DNA of 64,000 nucleotides. Source: an uncultured bacterium (GTDB lineage Bacteria > Verrucomicrobiota > Verrucomicrobiia > Limisphaerales > UBA8199). Shown here in pieces: positions 1-9,775 of this stretch; the first letter of the stretch is position 1, and every line of letters starts with the position of its first letter. The notes beneath the pieces were generated by a model. The model did no database searches, was not told the origin of the DNA, and saw only the letters and a list, made by a program, of their open reading frames with translations. The DNA lies in contig CAVVMW010000024.1 of NCBI GenBank assembly GCA_963749495.1, positions 96,001 through 160,000 on the forward strand, in the 5' to 3' direction. The translations under genes and the position numbers were made by a program.

Positions 1-77
1 GCCGGAAGCCGGGAAAAACTGCATCATGCCGGCCCGTTGCACAAGTACTTTTTGGAGTGAGGAGGGGCGAGGGGGGA

Positions 78-216
78 GGGCCGTTGACAAAGTCGTAGCG
101 CAGGTTTCCAAACCTGCTGTATCGCCGATTTCCAATCGGCAGGGCGTAGGCATATCGAGCGCCCTCGATTTGCGGACGGCCTGCGGGTTTGGAAACCCGC
201 GATACAGCAGGTTTGG
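78..216 (+). repeat. Left part of a family A REP/MITE composite, split by the recombinase element
   Basis: TIR GGGCCGTTGACAAAGT at 78-93, then GTAGCGCAGGTTTCCAAACCTGC. Matches copies at 10575-10778 (reverse) and 36806-36957 up to GCAGGTTTGG (216), then diverges abruptly. Confidence 0.92.
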
Positions 217-545
217 GACAGTTAGTGCGAACTGCACATGGTGCAGGTGAACTTTTGGGATGGGCGGTAATCACCCACCCCTTCCATCCCCGGCGCGGAG
301 AGCGGTTCCGGGTGGTCGAAGCCCGGCGCTACCGCGGTCAGGCCACGCTGATTCTGGAGGGGGGAGAAGGTGGCACCTTTTCCATTTTGGAGGACTGGAC
401 CGACAAGGCGGTGCCGACGAGCGCGGGGACCGCGCGCCGGCTGTCGGCGCCCGCACTGCTGGAGTTGGTGCAACTGCTGCGGCAGTTGAAGGCGTCCGGC
501 CCGCCGGCCTCTTCGAACCAGAAAGGAGTTGACAGATGCCCTTGA
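216..545 (+). CDS. DUF5372 / Y4bD-Y4pK-like small protein; start codon probably supplied by the element's other end on circularisation
   Basis: ITHPFHPxxGxxF motif typical of small genes accompanying this recombinase class. No in-frame ATG in the integrated state. Family assigned from memory of the motif. Confidence 0.7.
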   Translation, partial: GQLVRTAHGAGELLGWAVITHPFHPRRGERFRVVEARRYRGQATLILEGGEGGTFSILEDWTDKAVPTSAGTARRLSAPALLELVQLLRQLKASGPPASSNQKGVDRCP

Positions 546-586
546 CCGATCCATTATCAGAACAGTTATTTAACTGTTCTGATAAT
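529..586 (+). promoter_or_regulatory. Sigma70-type promoter overlapped by a perfect 16-bp inverted-repeat operator
   Basis: TTGACA (529-534), 17-nt spacer, CATTAT (552-557). Palindrome ATTATCAGAACAGTTA-TT-TAACTGTTCTGATAAT (553-586) ends just before the ATG at 588. Confidence 0.75.
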
Positions 587-587
587 C

Positions 588-920
588 ATGCCCGCTTCCA
601 TCGCCAGCCTGCGCCGCAAACGCCAGGCCTTGATCCAACGCCTGCCTCCTTTGGCCCGGCGCGTGGTTCGCGGCTCGCTCATCGAGCGATACCTGCCCTG
701 CGGCAAGCCCGGTTGCCACTGCGCCTCCGGCCGCGGTCACGGTCCCAAATACTATTTGTCGGTCAGCTATCCCCACGGCCGTCCCCAACTCCAATACCTC
801 TCTCAGCAGCAGCACGCCCAGGTCCAAGCCCTGATAAAAAACTTTCAGCACGTGCGCCATCTGTTGGAACAGATATGCGACATCAACCGCCAACTCTTAC
901 GCCGCCAGGAGAAGGTCTGA
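588..920 (+). CDS. DUF6788-like Cys/His-rich small protein (transposon-associated)
   Basis: RGSL...CGKPGCHC...HGP.YYLS motif followed by a basic helical tail. Confidence 0.75.
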   Translation: MPASIASLRRKRQALIQRLPPLARRVVRGSLIERYLPCGKPGCHCASGRGHGPKYYLSVSYPHGRPQLQYLSQQQHAQVQALIKNFQHVRHLLEQICDINRQLLRRQEKV

Positions 921-1047
921 GCGATGCAGCCGGCGGCCTTGCGGATCGATCCCCGGCCGGTGGCGCAGGTGGTCGCCACCATGCTCCAGGCGTTCCGTCG
1001 GGCTGGCGCACCCTTGCCTCCGCCGCCTTGGGCGGCCAACGCTGCTT

Positions 1048-3144
1048 ATGAACACCGAGTTGGTCCAGGAAACTCATCGCCAAAAACTGGCCTGCATTTA
1101 CCTGCGCCAGTCAACCCTCAACCAAGTGCGCCAGCACCGGGAGAGCACCGAGCGCCAATACGCGCTCCGGGACAAGGCCCTTCAACTGGGCTGGCCGCCG
1201 GAGCGGATACTCACTCTGGACGGCAACCTGGGGATCTCGGGCAGCCAGATGGCCAACCGACCGGATTTCCAACGAGTGGTGTCGCTGGTCTCCTTACAGA
1301 AGGTGGGCGCGGTTCTCGCCCTGGAGGCCTCCCGCCTGTCGCGCTCGGATCTGGACTGGCATCGGCTAGTGGACTTGTGTGGGTGGACGGGCACGTTGCT
1401 CATCGACAAAGACGGCGCTTACAACCCCGGGGATTTCAACGACCGCTTGCTCTTGGGACTCAAGGGTACGATGTCCCAGGCCGAACTGCACTTCTTGCGC
1501 GTCCGCCTCCAGGGCGGCAAGCTCAACAAAGCGCGCAAAGGCCAACTGCGTTTTCCCCTGCCGGTGGGCTTTGTTTATGCCGAGGCCGAGGGCATCGTTT
1601 TAGACCCGGACCAGGAGGTGCAGGGCGCCGTGCGCCTGGTCTTCAGCAGCTTTGGGCAAACCGCCAGCGCTTACGGAGTGGTGCAGCATTTTGCCAAGCA
1701 CCAGTTGCTCTTCCCCAAGCGCAGCTACGGTGGAGTCTGGAACGGGCAGTTGCGGTGGGGCCGCTTGAACCATGGCCGCGTCCTGAGTCTATTGCGCAAC
1801 CCGGCTTACGCCGGGGCCTATGTATTCGGTCGGCGGCGAACCTGCAAAAACTTCTCGCCCACTGGCCAGATGCACAATACCGTCCGCTCTATGCCTTTGG
1901 CCGAGTGGCAAGTGAACCTGCCCAACCAACATCCGGGCTACATCCCCTGGGAGGAATATCTGGCCAACCAGCAGCGGCTGGCGCAGAACCAAACCAACGC
2001 TTGCCCTGGCGCCGCCGGTTCGGCGGCGCGCGAAGGGCAGGCGCTGCTGCAAGGTCTGCTGGTCTGTGGTCAGTGCGGGCACCGGCTCTCCCCGCGTTAC
2101 GTGGGACAGGGCGGTTGCCTGGTTTGGTATGAATGCAACTGGCGGCGGCGAGAACTGGCAGGCAAAGGCTGCTGGTCGGTTCGTGGCAACCTGCTGGATG
2201 AAGCCGTCGCCCGGCGGATCTTGTCGGCGCTGGTGCCGACGCAGGTGGAAATCGCCTTGGCTGCCGTGGCGGAGGTCGAACAGCGCAACCAGGCGTTGGA
2301 GCATCAATGGCAGCTCAGAATCCAGCGAGCCGAGTATGAAGGGCAGTTGGCCCAACGGCGCTTCGAGGAAGTCGATCCGGCCAACCGTCTGGTAGCAGCA
2401 ACGCTCGAACAACGTTGGGAACACGCCTTGCAGCAACTCGAAGGGTTGCGCCAGCAATACCGGCAATATCAGGAAAAGCAAACCCCGCCCTTGTCGGCGG
2501 AGCAACAGGCCCAAGTACGATTGCTGGCCGAGGACCTGCCGCGGCTCTGGCAAGCGGCCACCACGACCGCCAAGCAGCGCAAGTGCATTTTGCGGCTGCT
2601 GCTCAAGGATATTACACTGGAAAAGCGGCCGGCAACGCACCAGGCGATCTTGCATTTGCGCTGGCAAGGAGAGGCCACCGAGGACCTCGTGGTCGAGCTG
2701 CCGCTTAACGCTGCCGACCGCTGGCGCTACACGGAGGCCCTCGTGAGCAAAGTGCGGCAACTCGCCCAGCAACAGACCGACCGCCAGATTGCCCTCACCC
2801 TGAACCAGGAAGGCCTCCGAAGCGCCAAAGGCCGAGCTTTTACCGTCAGTATGGTCGCCTGGATTCGGTGCAAGCACCACATTCCGGCCCCAGTGCTGCA
2901 ACAACCCGGCGAGTTGACGGTGCAGCAACTGAGCCAAAAGTTTGCCGTTAGCCAATACGTGGTTCACTATTGGCTCAAGAACGGACTGGTGACAGCTCGA
3001 AAAGCGCAACCCGACGGCCGGATGTGGATCGCGTTGACGGCCCAACAAGAGCAGGCGTTGCGGGCTTGGGTGGCCAACTCCAAGCGGATCGCCAAATCAA
3101 AAAGCCGGCAAGCCCTAAACGAAATTGCACCAGGTGTAGTATGA
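1048..3144 (+). CDS. Large serine recombinase (resolvase, recombinase, Zn-ribbon, coiled coil, C-terminal HTH)
   Basis: YLRQS catalytic motif, LGISG, SRLSR, LPVGF, CGQCG...YEC...C zinc ribbon, VDPANRLVA. Confidence 0.95.
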   Translation: MNTELVQETHRQKLACIYLRQSTLNQVRQHRESTERQYALRDKALQLGWPPERILTLDGNLGISGSQMANRPDFQRVVSLVSLQKVGAVLALEASRLSRSDLDWHRLVDLCGWTGTLLIDKDGAYNPGDFNDRLLLGLKGTMSQAELHFLRVRLQGGKLNKARKGQLRFPLPVGFVYAEAEGIVLDPDQEVQGAVRLVFSSFGQTASAYGVVQHFAKHQLLFPKRSYGGVWNGQLRWGRLNHGRVLSLLRNPAYAGAYVFGRRRTCKNFSPTGQMHNTVRSMPLAEWQVNLPNQHPGYIPWEEYLANQQRLAQNQTNACPGAAGSAAREGQALLQGLLVCGQCGHRLSPRYVGQGGCLVWYECNWRRRELAGKGCWSVRGNLLDEAVARRILSALVPTQVEIALAAVAEVEQRNQALEHQWQLRIQRAEYEGQLAQRRFEEVDPANRLVAATLEQRWEHALQQLEGLRQQYRQYQEKQTPPLSAEQQAQVRLLAEDLPRLWQAATTTAKQRKCILRLLLKDITLEKRPATHQAILHLRWQGEATEDLVVELPLNAADRWRYTEALVSKVRQLAQQQTDRQIALTLNQEGLRSAKGRAFTVSMVAWIRCKHHIPAPVLQQPGELTVQQLSQKFAVSQYVVHYWLKNGLVTARKAQPDGRMWIALTAQQEQALRAWVANSKRIAKSKSRQALNEIAPGVV

Positions 3145-3154
3145 AACCACCGTC

Positions 3155-3218
3155 GGAAACCTGCGCTACGCTGGCGCCCCTGGCGCACAGGCGCACGGAG
3201 CAACTTTGTCAATGGCCC
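3155..3218 (+). repeat. Right part of the interrupted family A repeat
   Basis: GGAAACCTGCGCTACGCTGGCGCCCCT...ACTTTGTCAATGGCCC continues exactly as in the intact copy at 10575-10778. Confidence 0.92.
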
Positions 3219-3305
3219 TGCCCCCGGGTGCGGCGCATCCTGGAACAGAGTTGACAAACGCCGATGGAGTGTGCGAGAATCTCATCTATCTTTAGCAATT
3301 AACTT

Positions 3306-4991
3306 ATGATTGCAACCGAATCCTCCGCGAAACTGTCGCGCAACGAGCGGCTTAAAGAGGGCAACCCGCTCCTGGCGGGCACCATCGGGCAGGCCCTGGC
3401 GGATTCCTCGGTGGATCGGTTCACCGAGGACGACTATGAATTCCTCAAATTCCACGGGGTCTATCAGCAGGACGATCGGGATCTGCGTAAGACGGGCAAG
3501 CGATACAGCCTGATGGTGCGGACCAAGTTTCCGGGGGGAGTGCTGAGGGCGTCGCAGTATTTGGCGTGCGACCGCCTATCGAGCGAGTATGGAAACGCCA
3601 CGATGCGGATAACGACGCGCCAGGACTTTCAGTTCCATGGGATCCTCAAAGGCAACCTGCGCCAGACGATCCAGAGCCTCAACCAGACCCTGGTCACAAC
3701 GATAGGAGCGTGCGGCGACGTGGTGCGGAACGTGATGGCCCCTCCCACGCCGGCGACCAGTCCGTTGGTCGAGAAGGTGCTGGAGGAGGCGCGCGGGTTA
3801 TCGGGCCGGCTCGTGCCCAGGACGCCCGCCTACCATGCAATCTGGGTCGAGGGCAAGGAGCTGGATTTGCGCCAGGAATCCAATGCCGCTTTCACCGACC
3901 CGTTTTACGGGAAGACCTACCTGCCGCGGAAGTTCAAGTTCGCCTTTGCGATTCCGCCCCTGAACGACATTGACATTTTCACCAACGACGCCGGGTTCGT
4001 GGTGATCGAGGAAAATGGGCAACTGGCAGGATACAACCTGCTGGCCGGGGGCGGGATGGGGATGTCTCACGGCAATCCCCAGACCTTTCCCCGGGTGGCG
4101 GATGTAATTGGCTTTATCAGGCCGGAACAGGTGGAGGCCGCCGCCAGGGCCGTGGTGGCGATACACCGCGATTTCGGCGATCGAGCCAACCGCAAGCATG
4201 CCCGGCTCAAGTACATCATCGCGGAGCGCGGCGTGGAGTGGTTTCGCTCCGAGATGCAGCGGCAGATGGGTTTCGAGTTTGCCCCGGCGCGTCCGTTCCG
4301 ATTCACCGCCCAGGGCGACAAGCTGGGCTGGCACCTGCAGAGTGACGGCAACTGTTTCCTGGGGCTTTTCGTAGAAAACGGCCGGATTCGGGATGCGGGC
4401 GATTATCGGCTCAAGAGCGGCCTGCGCGAGGCCATCGGGCGGTTCCAACCCGAGGTCCGGCTGACGCCCTCGCAGAACCTCCTGCTAGTTGGGCTGCGCC
4501 CCGACCAGCGCCCCGGCCTCGACAAGCTGCTGGGCGAGCACGGGGTCCGGACCAGCAATCCGTTCAGTCGCACGCGCCTGGCCTCGATGGCCTGCCCGGC
4601 CTTGCCCACCTGCGGCCTGGCGTTGGCGGAATCCGAGCGCGTGCTGCCCGATTTGTTGACTGGAATCGAGCGCCTGCAGGCGGAGTTGGGGCTGCAGGAG
4701 GAGGAACTGATCGTCCGCATGACCGGCTGCCCCAATGGCTGCTCCAGGCCCTATATGGCCGAGATAGCCTTTGTGGGCAAGGCCCCGAACAAGTACCAGA
4801 TTTACCTGGGCGGCAACGAACCCAGCACCCGGCTCAACCGGCTCTACAAAGACTCGGTCAAAGGGGAGGATCTGGTCAACGAGTTGCGGCCCCTCCTGGC
4901 GCGCTTCGTCAAGGAGCGCGCCGCCGGGGAACGCTTCGGCGATTTCTGTGCGCGGGTGATCTTGGGCACCACGGAAGCATCTAAACCTTAG
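3306..4991 (+). CDS. cysI: Assimilatory sulfite reductase hemoprotein (Sir/CysI type)
   Basis: KFHGVYQQDDRD, YLPRKFK, ACPALPTCGLA and TGCPNGC siroheme/4Fe-4S motifs. Confidence 0.95.
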   Translation: MIATESSAKLSRNERLKEGNPLLAGTIGQALADSSVDRFTEDDYEFLKFHGVYQQDDRDLRKTGKRYSLMVRTKFPGGVLRASQYLACDRLSSEYGNATMRITTRQDFQFHGILKGNLRQTIQSLNQTLVTTIGACGDVVRNVMAPPTPATSPLVEKVLEEARGLSGRLVPRTPAYHAIWVEGKELDLRQESNAAFTDPFYGKTYLPRKFKFAFAIPPLNDIDIFTNDAGFVVIEENGQLAGYNLLAGGGMGMSHGNPQTFPRVADVIGFIRPEQVEAAARAVVAIHRDFGDRANRKHARLKYIIAERGVEWFRSEMQRQMGFEFAPARPFRFTAQGDKLGWHLQSDGNCFLGLFVENGRIRDAGDYRLKSGLREAIGRFQPEVRLTPSQNLLLVGLRPDQRPGLDKLLGEHGVRTSNPFSRTRLASMACPALPTCGLALAESERVLPDLLTGIERLQAELGLQEEELIVRMTGCPNGCSRPYMAEIAFVGKAPNKYQIYLGGNEPSTRLNRLYKDSVKGEDLVNELRPLLARFVKERAAGERFGDFCARVILGTTEASKP

Positions 4992-5044
4992 CCCCAAGCG
5001 CGGCCGTCTTACGCAGGGTGAGCGCTCATACACACCGTCGGATT

Positions 5045-5269
5045 CATCCCGGAGGGATGAAAGAAGGTAGCCGGGGGTCGAAGCGCAGCGAGACCCCCGG
5101 TCCGCGGACCGCTTGCCTCTGCATCCCGGAGGGATGCCAGAAGCCCGCCCACCCAGCCCCGCGCGGTCTTCTGGCACCCCGTTCCGGGGTGCAGGGTCGT
5201 TCTCCCCCTGGACCGGGGGTCGCGCCGATGGCGCGACCCCCGGCTTCCATCTGGCAACCCTCCGGGTTG
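5045..5269. repeat. REPIN family B (CATCCCGGAGGGATG / GGTAGCCGGGGGTCG)
   Basis: Nested palindromes. Homologous copies at 34925-35149 and 56899-57120. Confidence 0.9.
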
Positions 5270-5310
5270 CACCATGTCTGCGCAGGCGGCCCGGGCAGGA
5301 GGGGAAGCCG

Positions 5311-6070
5311 GTGAGCGAGTCCGAGCGTGGGCCTGGGAGGCTGGATGCCGCGGAGGCGCGATGCCTGAACGAGCGATTCAGCGGGCGGCCGACGGTGGAG
5401 TTGCTGGGCTGGGCCTGGGAGAGGTTTGGCACGCGCGCCGCCATCGGCACCAGTTTTCAGGGGGCCGGGCTGGTCATGTTGGACCTGGCCGCCAAGGCCG
5501 GCCTGGCCTTGCCGGTCTTCACACTCGATACCGGCCTGCTTCTTCCCCGAGACCTTGTCCCTCAAGCGCCGGCTGGAGGACTTTTTCCAAATCAAGATCC
5601 AGACCCTCCAACCGGACCTGACGCTGCCCGAGCAGGCGGACATCCACGGCCCGGAACTGTGGACGCGCGACCCCGACCTCTGCTGCACGGTCCGCAAGGT
5701 CCTGCCGCTGCGCGACGAGCTCTGCGATCTGGATTGCTGGATTACGGGCCTGCGCCGCGAGCAATCCGACACCCGTGCCGGCATCGGCCTGGTCGAGTTG
5801 TATGTCTTTGACGAGGCCTCCGGACGCGACATCGTCAAGCTCAACCCGATGGCCCATTGGACACGGGAGGCGGTTTGGGAGTATCTTCGCAAAAACCATG
5901 TCCCGTACAATCCGCTCCAGGACCAGGGCTACCGCTCGATCGGCTGCCAGCCGTGTACGCGCCAAAGCGCCAATGGCCAGGGCGAACGGGCCGGCCGCTG
6001 GACCGGTTTTGGCAAGGTCGAGTGCGGCATCCACACCTTCATGCCCAAGAAGGTTGATTTCGAGATCTGA
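5311..6070 (+). CDS. cysH: APS/PAPS reductase (frameshift near 5540, probably an assembly error)
   Basis: DTG..FPET is split across two frames. Also [27 protein letters not shown] and ECGIH. Confidence 0.9.
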
Positions 6071-6072
6071 TC

Positions 6073-6885
6073 ATGGATTACCTGTCTAGACTCGAAAACC
6101 AGAGCATTTACATCCTGCGGGAGGCCCTCAACCACTTCGAGCGCCTGGCCATGCTCTGGAGCATCGGCAAGGACTCGACGGTGCTGCTGTGGCTGGCGCG
6201 GAAGGCCTTTTTCGGCCACGTCCCCTTCCCCCTGGTACACGTGGACACCTCCTATAAGATCCCGTCCATGCTCGAATACCGCGACCGCCTGGTGCGCGAC
6301 TGGAAGCTCCGGCTCATTATCGGGCGCAACGAATCGGCGCTCCATGGCGGCCTGACCTTTCCCAACGGCAAGGCCACGCGCGTCGAGTGCTGCGCCGCGC
6401 TCAAGAAAGACGCCCTCAAACAGGTCCTTGACCGCCACCACTTCACGGGCGTCATCGTGGGCGTGCGCCGCGATGAGGAGCCGACCCGCGCCAAGGAGCG
6501 GTATTTCAGCCCGCGCGATAAGAACATGGAATGGAACGTCGAGGACCAGCCCCCCGAATTGTGGGACCAGTTCAAGACCGATTTCGAGCCCGGCACCCAC
6601 ATCCGCATCCACCCTCTCCTGCACTGGACTGAGGTCAATGTCTGGGAATACATCGAACGCGAGCACATCCCCGTCATCCCGCTCTATTTCGACAACGGCC
6701 GGGGGGAACGCTACCGCAGCCTGGGCTGCGCCCCCTGCACACTGCCCGTCAAGTCCACCGCCCGCACCGTCCGCCAGATCATCGAGGAACTGCGCCTGAC
6801 CCGCACGCCTGAACGCTCCGGCCGCGCCCAGGACCAGGAGAGCGAGGAGGCCTTCGAGAAGCTCAGGCGGGATGGGTATATGTGA
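6073..6885 (+). CDS. cysD: Sulfate adenylyltransferase subunit 2
   Basis: SIGKDS PP-loop, [26 protein letters not shown]. Confidence 0.95.
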   Translation: MDYLSRLENQSIYILREALNHFERLAMLWSIGKDSTVLLWLARKAFFGHVPFPLVHVDTSYKIPSMLEYRDRLVRDWKLRLIIGRNESALHGGLTFPNGKATRVECCAALKKDALKQVLDRHHFTGVIVGVRRDEEPTRAKERYFSPRDKNMEWNVEDQPPELWDQFKTDFEPGTHIRIHPLLHWTEVNVWEYIEREHIPVIPLYFDNGRGERYRSLGCAPCTLPVKSTARTVRQIIEELRLTRTPERSGRAQDQESEEAFEKLRRDGYM

Positions 6886-6981
6886 GCAATGACGAATGGA
6901 CCGAATGCGGAGTGCGGAGTGCGGAATGCGGAGTGTTCCGGTGGGCCAGTTGGGCCAGGATTGCGGCGCGGGAAATGACGA

Positions 6982-8921
6982 ATGACCTTGAATCCTCCAG
7001 CACTCCCGGATAACGGCCAAGAAACGGGCGACGCGGCACCGCCGGCGGCCACCGCTCCAAGCGAGCAGCTCCGGATCGTGATTGTCGGCCACGTGGACCA
7101 TGGCAAATCGACGTTCGTGGGCCGGCTGCTGCACGACGCCGGGGCGCTGGCCCAGGGCAAGGTCGAGCAACTCCAGGCCATCGCGCAACGGCGCGGCGTG
7201 CCCTTCGAGTGGGCCAACCTGATGGACGCCTTGCAGGCGGAGCGGGACCAGAACATCACGATTGATACGGCGCAGATCTGGTTTCGCACCGCCCGGCGCC
7301 AGTACGTCATCATCGACGCCCCGGGCCACAAGGAATTCCTCAAGAACATGGTCACAGGCGCGGCCAGCGCGGAGGCGGCGCTGTTGCTCATCGATGCCCG
7401 CGACGGCGTGCAGGAAAACTCCCGCCGCCACGGCTACCTCCTCCATCTCCTGGGCATCCGGCAAATCGCCGTGCTGGTCAACAAGATGGACCTCGAGAAC
7501 TATAGCCGGATCCGCTTCGAGCGCATCGAGTCCGAGTACCGCGCCTGGCTGCAGAGCATCGGGCTCCAGCCCCGGATCTTCATCCCGATCTCGGCCCGGC
7601 ACAGGGCGACAACCTGGCGGCGCCCAGCGCCAACATGCCATGGTGGCGCGGCCCGACCGTGCTCCAAGCGCTGGACGGGCTCCCGGCGGCGGACCTGCCC
7701 AAAGATCAGCCGTTGCGTTTTGCCCTCCAGGACGTTTACCGCTTCGATCATCGCCGCATCCTGGCGGGCCGCGTCGAGGCGGGCACGGTGCGGGTGGGCG
7801 ACCGGCTCCTGTTCTCGCCCGGCAACAAGACCAGCACCGTCCAGAGCATCGAGCGCTGGAGCGCGCCGCCCGCCCAGGCCGCCGCGGCAGGCGAATCCAT
7901 CGGCCTCATTCTGGCCGAGCAGATCTTCGTCGAGCGGGGCGCCGTGGCCGCCCACGAAACCAACCCGCCCTACGAACTGTCCAGCTTCAAGGCCCGCCTG
8001 TTCTGGATGGGCAAGCGACCCTTCGAGCAAGGCAGGGCCTACAAGCTCAAGCTCGCCACCCAGCACGTCGAGTGCCGCATTCAATCGATCGAGAAGGTCA
8101 TCGATGCCGCCACGCTCCAGACCCTCCCGCGCAAGGAAAACGAAGTCTTCGTGGGCCGCCACGAGGTCGCCGAACTCACCCTCCACACCAAGCGGCCCAT
8201 CGCCTTCGACGCCCACGCCGACATCGCCCCGACGGGCCGGTTCGTGATTGTGGACGGCTTGGACGTCGCGGGCGGCGGCATCATCGCGGCGGACAATTAC
8301 CCGCGCCGCACCCACGACGCCCACACCAAGAGCGACAACATTTACTGGAGCGGCGGGCGCGTGACCGCCCGGCAGCGCGAGTTGCGCAACGCGCACCCGG
8401 GCTGTGTGCTCTGGCTCACCGGCCTGTCCAGCTCCGGCAAATCCACCATCGCCGCCGAACTCGAACGCGAACTCTTCAACCTGGGCCGCCAGGTCTATGT
8501 CCTGGACGGCGACCGCGTCCGCCACGGCCTCTGCTCGGACCTGGCCTTCTCGCCGCAGGACAGGACCGAGAATATCCGGCGCGTGGGCGAGGTGGCCAAG
8601 CTCTTCGCCGATGCCGGCTTGATCTGCATCACTGCGTTTATCTCGCCCTATCGCTCGGACCGGGAGTGTGTCCGCAAGCTCCTGCCTCCAGGCCGGTTCG
8701 TGGAGGTCTTCGTCAACGCCCCGCTGGCCGTCTGCGAGCAGCGCGACCCCAAGGGCCTCTACGCCAGGGCGCGGGCCAAGGAGGTCAAGGAATTCACCGG
8801 CGTCTCCGCCCCCTATGAGCCTCCGTCCAACCCGGAACTGGAGCTGCGCACCGACCACCTCACGGTCGCCGAATCCGTGGCCAAGGTGCTCGATTACCTG
8901 CAGGTCCAGGATGCCGGCTGA
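6982..8921 (+). CDS. cysNC: Bifunctional sulfate adenylyltransferase subunit 1 / APS kinase (frameshift near 7605)
   Basis: [14 protein letters not shown] and NKMD in the first frame. [16 protein letters not shown] and RDPKGLY in the second. Confidence 0.93.
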
Positions 8922-9002
8922 GGCGTATCGATCTAGGAAAAAGCTTGAGGGATCTCCACGGCTCTGGCGTATAATCCTCCCAGCGAAAGCACACGCACAT
9001 TT

Positions 9003-9336
9003 ATGAAAAAACTCAAGAGCCTGGCCGCGCTCCTCCTGGCAACGTCCCTTTTGGGCGCTGCGCTCTCGGGGCTTGCGGCCGACCAGAAGGCCGACGCCAA
9101 ACCCAAATCCAAGGCCAAACCCTACATCCTGAAGACCTGCCCGGTCTCCGGAGACAAACTGGGCGAGATGGGCGACCCCTATGTGTTCGAGTACCGAGGG
9201 GCGGGAGATCAAGCTCTGCTGCAAGTCCTGTTTGAAGGACTTCAAGAAGGATGCGCCCAAGTACATCAAGCAAATCGAGAAGGCGGAGGCCAAGGAGAAG
9301 CAAAAGGCAAAAGAAAAGGCCGATGCCAAGAAGTAG
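9003..9336 (+). CDS. Exported YHS/TRASH-like metal-binding small protein (frameshift near 9200)
   Basis: Signal peptide and TCPVSG, then REIKLCCKSC in the shifted frame, ending at TAG 9334-9336. Confidence 0.75.
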
Positions 9337-9352
9337 CGGCGACGGCGAGGGC

Positions 9353-9399
9353 AATAAAAAAGCCGCCCCTCCCTGGTTGGCGGCTGAGAATCTGTTGGC
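9353..9399 (-). terminator. Intrinsic terminator / 3' end of candidate sRNA copy 1
   Basis: Minus strand reads GCCAACAGATTCTC-AGCCGCC...GGCGGCT-TTTTT. Confidence 0.6.
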
Positions 9400-9541
9400 A
9401 ACATTATACTTACCACATTTCTCGGATGCGCGATATGGGGGGTTTCCCCCAGGCCTAGGCCGGCCAAGAAATAGGCCCTGGCTCGCGCTTGATCCCCCGA
9501 CACTAACACAAAGCTCGGGTCAGGGCCTCTGAAAGCCCCGC

Positions 9542-9775
9542 TCAGTCTTCGCAGTACCTCAGCGCCACCCTCTCGGGCGGCACGCGCCGGACCTCGCGGC
9601 GGTCACGATCGTTGAAGGCAAAGGCCAGCTCCACTTCCTGGAGGCGCCAGGTCTGGATGAAACTCAGCGCCCGGTCAATCGACTTGAAATTAAAGGCCTG
9701 GCCGGGGTCGCTCGTCCATCGGTCCGGCCCCTGGAAGTAAAGCCCGTTCGACATCTTCCGCAACAGCGTTCTCAT
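9542..9775 (-). CDS. Small hypothetical protein
   Basis: 77-aa ORF (MRTLLRKMSNGLYFQGPDRWT...) with host-like codon usage. Confidence 0.7.
   Translation of the reverse strand: MRTLLRKMSNGLYFQGPDRWTSDPGQAFNFKSIDRALSFIQTWRLQEVELAFAFNDRDRREVRRVPPERVALRYCED

Larger units (their letters stand above)
217..3154 (+). mobile_element. Large serine recombinase (LSR) integrative/IS-like element, 2938 bp
   Basis: Flanked by a shared GG core (215-216 and 3155-3156). The flanks rejoin into an intact REP. Ends 217-245 and 3126-3154 form an imperfect inverted repeat (20/29). Encodes a 698-aa serine recombinase and two small ORFs. Confidence 0.92.

Noticed and set aside
189..215. METRDTAGL N-terminus for the DUF5372-like ORF
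   Set aside because: These codons come from the host REP outside the element; the same peptide appears at other REP copies.
924..2132. 402-aa ORF overlapping the recombinase
   Set aside because: Mostly a same-strand shadow frame with low-complexity composition. The first ~40 codons could be a real small accessory gene, but I cannot support that.
7595..7640. Programmed frameshift in cysNC or other split genes
   Set aside because: No consistent slippery motif; the number of indels points to assembly error.
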